Source: a virus
Taxonomy: Duplodnaviria > Caudoviricetes
IMG/VR virus record: IMGVR_UViG_3300022876_000113
Span: 1-26,476 of that record
Length of the DNA: 26,476 bases
Direction: 5' to 3' (one strand)
The notes beneath the pieces were generated by a model. The model saw only the letters and a list, made by a program, of their open reading frames with translations. It had not been told where the DNA came from and did no database searches. Shown here in pieces: positions 22,780 through 26,476 of the stretch. The translations under genes and the position numbers were made by a program. The stretch's first letter is position 1. Every line of letters starts with the position of its first letter.

Positions 22780-24789
22780 ATGGCTGACGGCTCCCGCTCC
22801 TTCAACTTCCCCCTGCCGCAGCGCTCGCGCCTGCGCGCCGGTGAGATCGTGGTCGATCTGTTCGCCGGCGGCGGCGGCGCCAGCGAGGCGCTGAAGCAGG
22901 CGCTGGGCCAAGACCCGGCGCTCGCCTACAACCACGACGCGCTGGCGATCGGCATGCACGCGGCGAACCACCCGCTCACCAGCCACCACCGCGAGGACAT
23001 CTGGCATGCCGATCCGCGTGTGGACGTGGCCGGCCGCGCGATCGGATGGTTCCATGCCTCGCCGGACTGCACGCACTTCAGCCAGGCCAAGGGCGGCCAG
23101 CCGCGCAGCCGGAAGACACGTGCTCTGTCGTGGGTGGTCCTGAAGTGGATCGGCATGCTGCTGCGCGCCGACTTGGTCAACGGCACCAATACGGCCCCAC
23201 GCATCTTCTCGATGGAGAACGTGTGGCAGATCCTGACCTGGGGCCCGCTGATCGCCAAGCGCTGCAAGACCACCGGTCGCGTCCTGAAGATGGACGGCAC
23301 CGTCGCAGCGCGCGGCGAGCGCGTGCCGGTCGAGCATCAGCAACTGGTGCCGGACAAGAGCCGCACCGGCCGCACTTGGCGGCAGTTCGTCGCCTCGCTG
23401 CGTGCGCTGGGCTACGTGGTCGAGTGGAGAAAGCTGGTGGCGAGCGACTACGGCGCCGGCACCAGCCGGGAACGCTTGTTCCTGCTCGGCCGCCGCGACG
23501 GCGAGCCGATCGTGTGGCCGGCGGCAAGCCACGGCACCGCGCCGGGCCAGAAGCCGCGCGTATCCGCCGCCGACTGTCTGGACTTCAGCATCCCTTGCCC
23601 GTCCATCTTCGGGCGCAAGCGGCCGCTGGCCGACGCCACCATGCGCCGCATCGCCAAGGGCACCAGGCGCCACGTCATCGACTCTGCGGACCCGTTCATT
23701 GTGCCGGTGACCAACCAGGGTGCCGACCGCGTCCATGGCGTGCACGAGCCACTGCGCACAATCACCGCTGCCCATCGCGGCGAGCTGATGCTGGCCATGC
23801 CCGAGCTTGCCCCGTTCATTGCCGAGCACGCGAACAGCAGCCATTCGCTGGGCAGCATGCGAGCCGACGAGCCACTGCGTACCGTCTGCGCCGGGGTGAA
23901 GGGCGGCCACTTCTCGGTCGTCACGCCGATCCTTGCTGGCGTCGGCGGCCGCGCCGGCCAGTCGGAACCACGCTCGGGCGCTGACCCTCTGTACACGATG
24001 ACCGCGAAGGCGGACACCGCGCTGGTGGCGCCGCACCTGGTCAAGTTCCGGGGCGACAGCATCGGAACACCTGCCACCGAACCTGTGCCGACGATCACCT
24101 CAGGTGCTGGTGCTGCGCGTCCGGCAGGCGCAGCGCACGCCTTGGGCGTAGCTGCCGCCTCGCTGGTCACACTGCGGAGGAACATGGTCGGCGCCGATGC
24201 TCGCACGCCGCTGGCTACGGTAGCCGCTCAGGCAGAACACCATGCGCTGTCAACGGCCTTCATGGTGCAAGCCGCACACGGCGAAGGACGCCCGGGAGGT
24301 GTCCAGCGCTGGGGCTCTGGCAGCAAGGATGCACGCGATCCGGTGGGCACGATCACCGCCAGCGGAAACGGGGGCCATGCCGTCGCCGAGGCAGAGCTGG
24401 CTGAGCTTTCGCCCGAGCACCAGGAAGGCGCGCTGCGGGTCGCCGCCTTCCTGATCAAGTACTACGGCACCGGCTCCAACGTGCCCAGCCTGGCCGACCC
24501 CGCCGACACCATCACCACGAAAGACCGGCTGGCGCTGGTCACGGTGGTGATCAAGGGCACGCCTTACGTCATCGTGGATATCGGCCTTCGCATGCTGAAG
24601 CCGCACGAGCTCTACCGCGCGCAGGGCTTCCCGGCGGGCTACATCATCGATCGCACGGCCAACGGCACCCCGCTGACTACCAGCGCGGCCGTGCGCATGG
24701 TTGGCAACAGCGTCAGCCCGCCGCCGCTGCGCGCCTTGGCCGAGGCCAACCTGGACCCGGTGGCGATGCAGCTGGCGGAGGCCGCCTGA
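22780..24789 (+). CDS. Orphan C5 cytosine DNA methyltransferase (669 aa)
   Basis: DLFAGGGG (I), ASPDC (IV), MENV (VI), RERLF (VIII), RML..ELYRAQGFP (IX), GNSV (X). Confidence 0.93.
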   Translation: MADGSRSFNFPLPQRSRLRAGEIVVDLFAGGGGASEALKQALGQDPALAYNHDALAIGMHAANHPLTSHHREDIWHADPRVDVAGRAIGWFHASPDCTHFSQAKGGQPRSRKTRALSWVVLKWIGMLLRADLVNGTNTAPRIFSMENVWQILTWGPLIAKRCKTTGRVLKMDGTVAARGERVPVEHQQLVPDKSRTGRTWRQFVASLRALGYVVEWRKLVASDYGAGTSRERLFLLGRRDGEPIVWPAASHGTAPGQKPRVSAADCLDFSIPCPSIFGRKRPLADATMRRIAKGTRRHVIDSADPFIVPVTNQGADRVHGVHEPLRTITAAHRGELMLAMPELAPFIAEHANSSHSLGSMRADEPLRTVCAGVKGGHFSVVTPILAGVGGRAGQSEPRSGADPLYTMTAKADTALVAPHLVKFRGDSIGTPATEPVPTITSGAGAARPAGAAHALGVAAASLVTLRRNMVGADARTPLATVAAQAEHHALSTAFMVQAAHGEGRPGGVQRWGSGSKDARDPVGTITASGNGGHAVAEAELAELSPEHQEGALRVAAFLIKYYGTGSNVPSLADPADTITTKDRLALVTVVIKGTPYVIVDIGLRMLKPHELYRAQGFPAGYIIDRTANGTPLTTSAAVRMVGNSVSPPPLRALAEANLDPVAMQLAEAA

Positions 24790-24986
24790 TGGATCCGATC
24801 ACCCAAGCCAAGCACACAGCGCGCGTGCTGATCGGCGAGGCGCGCGCCCGGCGGCTGGTGGGTCACGGCTTCTGGTGCATGTTCCGCATGGCCCAGTCCG
24901 CCCGCCGCCGCGCCGCCTTGCCCCAACCCGTTGCGATCGCCAACCGGCCTCCGGCGCGCATCGCCCAACTGGAGCTTTTCTCATGA
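24789..24986 (+). CDS. Hypothetical protein (65 aa)
   Basis: TGATG and ATGA coupling; GGAGG SD; ends QLELFS. Confidence 0.7.
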   Translation: MDPITQAKHTARVLIGEARARRLVGHGFWCMFRMAQSARRRAALPQPVAIANRPPARIAQLELFS

Positions 24987-25201
24987 GCATCAACGAGCTG
25001 TGCCTGTCCCGAAAGGAGATGCGCGAGCTGTGCGGCACCCCGCTAAAGGACCGGCAGTTCGCCTTCTTGCGGGCCAACGGTATCCGGCACTACAAGGGGC
25101 TGGACGACCGGCCTCGGGTGCTCCGCTCCACGGTCGAAGGCGTTGGCGATGAGGCGGCCGCCAAGGCGATCGCCACCTGGAAACCGAACAAGGCTGCGTG
25201 A
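24983..25201 (+). CDS. DUF4224-like putative excisionase
   Basis: LSRKEMRELCG...QFAFLRANGI...GLDDRPRV; directly upstream of integrase. Confidence 0.75.
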   Translation: MSINELCLSRKEMRELCGTPLKDRQFAFLRANGIRHYKGLDDRPRVLRSTVEGVGDEAAAKAIATWKPNKAA

Positions 25202-26229
25202 TGGGAAGAAAGCCGACCAAGCCGGGGGCCATCCCCCGGTTCCGCGCCCGCAAGCAGAAATCGGGCGTGGTGCACTACTACTACGATCTTGGCGGAAAGC
25301 CGCGCCGGGAGATGCCGCTGGGCGCCGACTACGGCCTGGCCATCAAGCAGTGGGCCGAGATCGAGGGTGACCGCGACGCGCCCGCCGCCGCCGTGCTGAC
25401 GCTGCGGGTGGTGTGCGACGCCTATCGCCGGGAGGTGATGATCACGAAGGCGCCCCGAACCCAGCAGGACAACGCGAAGGAAATGGCGAACCTGCTGGAG
25501 TTCTTCGACGACCCGCCCGGCCCCTTGGACGCGATCCAGCCGGTGACGGTCAGGCAGTACCTGACGTGGCGGACGAACGACGGCAAGGGACTGGTGCGCG
25601 CGAACCGTGAGAAGGCCCTGCTGTCGCACATTTGGAACTTCGCGCGCGACAAGGGCTACACGGCGCTGCCGAACCCCTGCGCGGGCATCAAGGGCTTTAA
25701 GGAGACCGGCCGCGACGCCTACATCGAGGACGACCAGTACCAGGCTATCCGCGCGAGCGCCGATATCGTCGTCCAGGGCGCGATGGACTTGGCCTACCTG
25801 ACCGGGCAGCGGCCGGCAGATGTGCTGGGGCTCACCGAAATGGATGTCCGGGATGGGGTGATCAATATTCGGCAGGCGAAGACCAAGGCAAAGCTGCGCA
25901 TTGCGGTGGAGGGGGAGCTGGCCGCCCTGCTGGATCACCTGCGTGCACGGAAGGCCGGACACAAGGTCCGCAGCACTCGCCTGATCGTGAGCGAACGCGG
26001 GCAGCCTGTGACCGTGGCGATGATGTCCCGGCGGTGGGCCAAGGCGTGTGCGGCGGCCGGCGTGACCGGCCTGCAGTTCCGCGATCTGCGCGCCAAGGCG
26101 GCGACGGACAAGGCAGATTCCGCCGGCGACATCCGTCAGGCGCAGCGCCAGCTGGGCCATACAACCATCACGATGACCGAGCAGTACACCCGCCAGCGGA
26201 GGGGTCACAAGTCGAGTCCGACGCGATAA
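25201..26229 (+). CDS. int: Tyrosine integrase
   Basis: LTGQR, QAKT, FRDLRAK, LGH, TEQY catalytic motifs; adjacent to att. Confidence 0.95.
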   Translation: MGRKPTKPGAIPRFRARKQKSGVVHYYYDLGGKPRREMPLGADYGLAIKQWAEIEGDRDAPAAAVLTLRVVCDAYRREVMITKAPRTQQDNAKEMANLLEFFDDPPGPLDAIQPVTVRQYLTWRTNDGKGLVRANREKALLSHIWNFARDKGYTALPNPCAGIKGFKETGRDAYIEDDQYQAIRASADIVVQGAMDLAYLTGQRPADVLGLTEMDVRDGVINIRQAKTKAKLRIAVEGELAALLDHLRARKAGHKVRSTRLIVSERGQPVTVAMMSRRWAKACAAAGVTGLQFRDLRAKAATDKADSAGDIRQAQRQLGHTTITMTEQYTRQRRGHKSSPTR

Positions 26230-26232
26230 TTC

Positions 26233-26305
26233 CGCTCCGCAATTGCTCCCCCCCTATTGGCGCGCAACGCTCGCGAAGTATCCAAAAACACCAATTTGCG
26301 GAGCG
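26233..26305. repeat. Putative integrase arm-type sites (26233-26242 direct, 26296-26305 inverted)
   Basis: CGCTCCGCAA and its reverse complement TTGCGGAGCG. Confidence 0.65.
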
Positions 26306-26345
26306 GAAATAGTCACGAAACCCTTGTGCCGCAACGATTATTGTT

Positions 26346-26404
26346 CGGACTCAAAATCCGCCGCCCTTAAAAGCGTGTGGGTTCGAGTCCCACCTTCGGC
26401 ACCA
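26346..26404 (+). repeat. att site, right copy (3' part of tRNA-Leu)
   Basis: 59-bp identity to 2257-2315. Confidence 0.97.
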
Positions 26405-26415
26405 TGGAAAACCAG

Positions 26416-26448
26416 AACGCCCCGGATCGACGGATCCGGGGCGTTTTT
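26416..26448 (+). terminator. Original host tRNA-Leu terminator displaced by the prophage
   Basis: AACGCCCCGGATC-GACG-GATCCGGGGCGTT then TTT. Confidence 0.85.
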
Positions 26449-26476
26449 CGTTGTGCGGCGGCTCGACAGCGCCGCG

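Larger units (their letters stand above)
2257..26404. mobile_element. Defective lambdoid prophage (~24.1 kb) integrated in tRNA-Leu(CAA)
   Basis: 59-bp tRNA 3'-half direct repeats, terminal tyrosine integrase, terminase, lysis, Q, nin and recombination genes; no capsid, portal or repressor gene visible. Confidence 0.96.

Noticed and set aside
22774-24036. Long antisense ORFs over GC-rich genes (also 673-1614, 10364-11302, 25090-26208)
   Set aside because: Expected codon-bias shadows with no coupling to neighbours, unlike the two bridge ORFs
26074-26100. Integrase inactive because HxxR reads RDLR
   Set aside because: The His position is variable among tyrosine recombinases and the other catalytic residues are present
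26346-26404. Second tRNA-Leu gene
   Set aside because: Lacks the 5' acceptor strand and D arm; it is the att duplication
2257-26404. PICI or other phage satellite
   Set aside because: No primase/replicase, AlpA-type regulator or capsid-size genes; gene order and broken genes fit a deleted lambdoid prophage

Overview
GC-rich Xanthomonadales-type (Stenotrophomonas-like, inferred) chromosomal window. Host part (1-2315): 3' end of tRNA-Ala(GGC), tRNA-Glu(TTC), a GNAT acetyltransferase, an SRAP protein, a single-domain response regulator and tRNA-Leu(CAA). A ~24.1 kb defective lambdoid prophage is integrated in tRNA-Leu, bounded by a perfect 59-bp direct repeat (2257-2315 / 26346-26404). It keeps the integrase, an Xis-like gene, a C5 methyltransferase, RdgC, RecT, nin-type genes, a Q-like antiterminator, a lysis cassette with nested Rz1, TerS and an esterase tail spike. 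Visible deletion junctions have removed the head/tail block, the repressor/early-promoter/replication block and most of the YqaJ exonuclease. Cargo: a LexA-boxed umuDC operon, a second SRAP, a KilA-N/BstA-like putative abortive-infection gene, a solo PIN nuclease and two counter-oriented inserts. The most interesting signals are (i) the BstA-like gene, whose ~240-nt leader is overlapped by a predicted ~100-nt antisense RNA with two CGCCAA-loop hairpins (CopA/Inc-like), and (ii) two antisense morons each spanned by an opposite-strand ORF that is translationally coupled to the surrounding operon at both ends. All family calls are motif recognition by eye; no searches were run.
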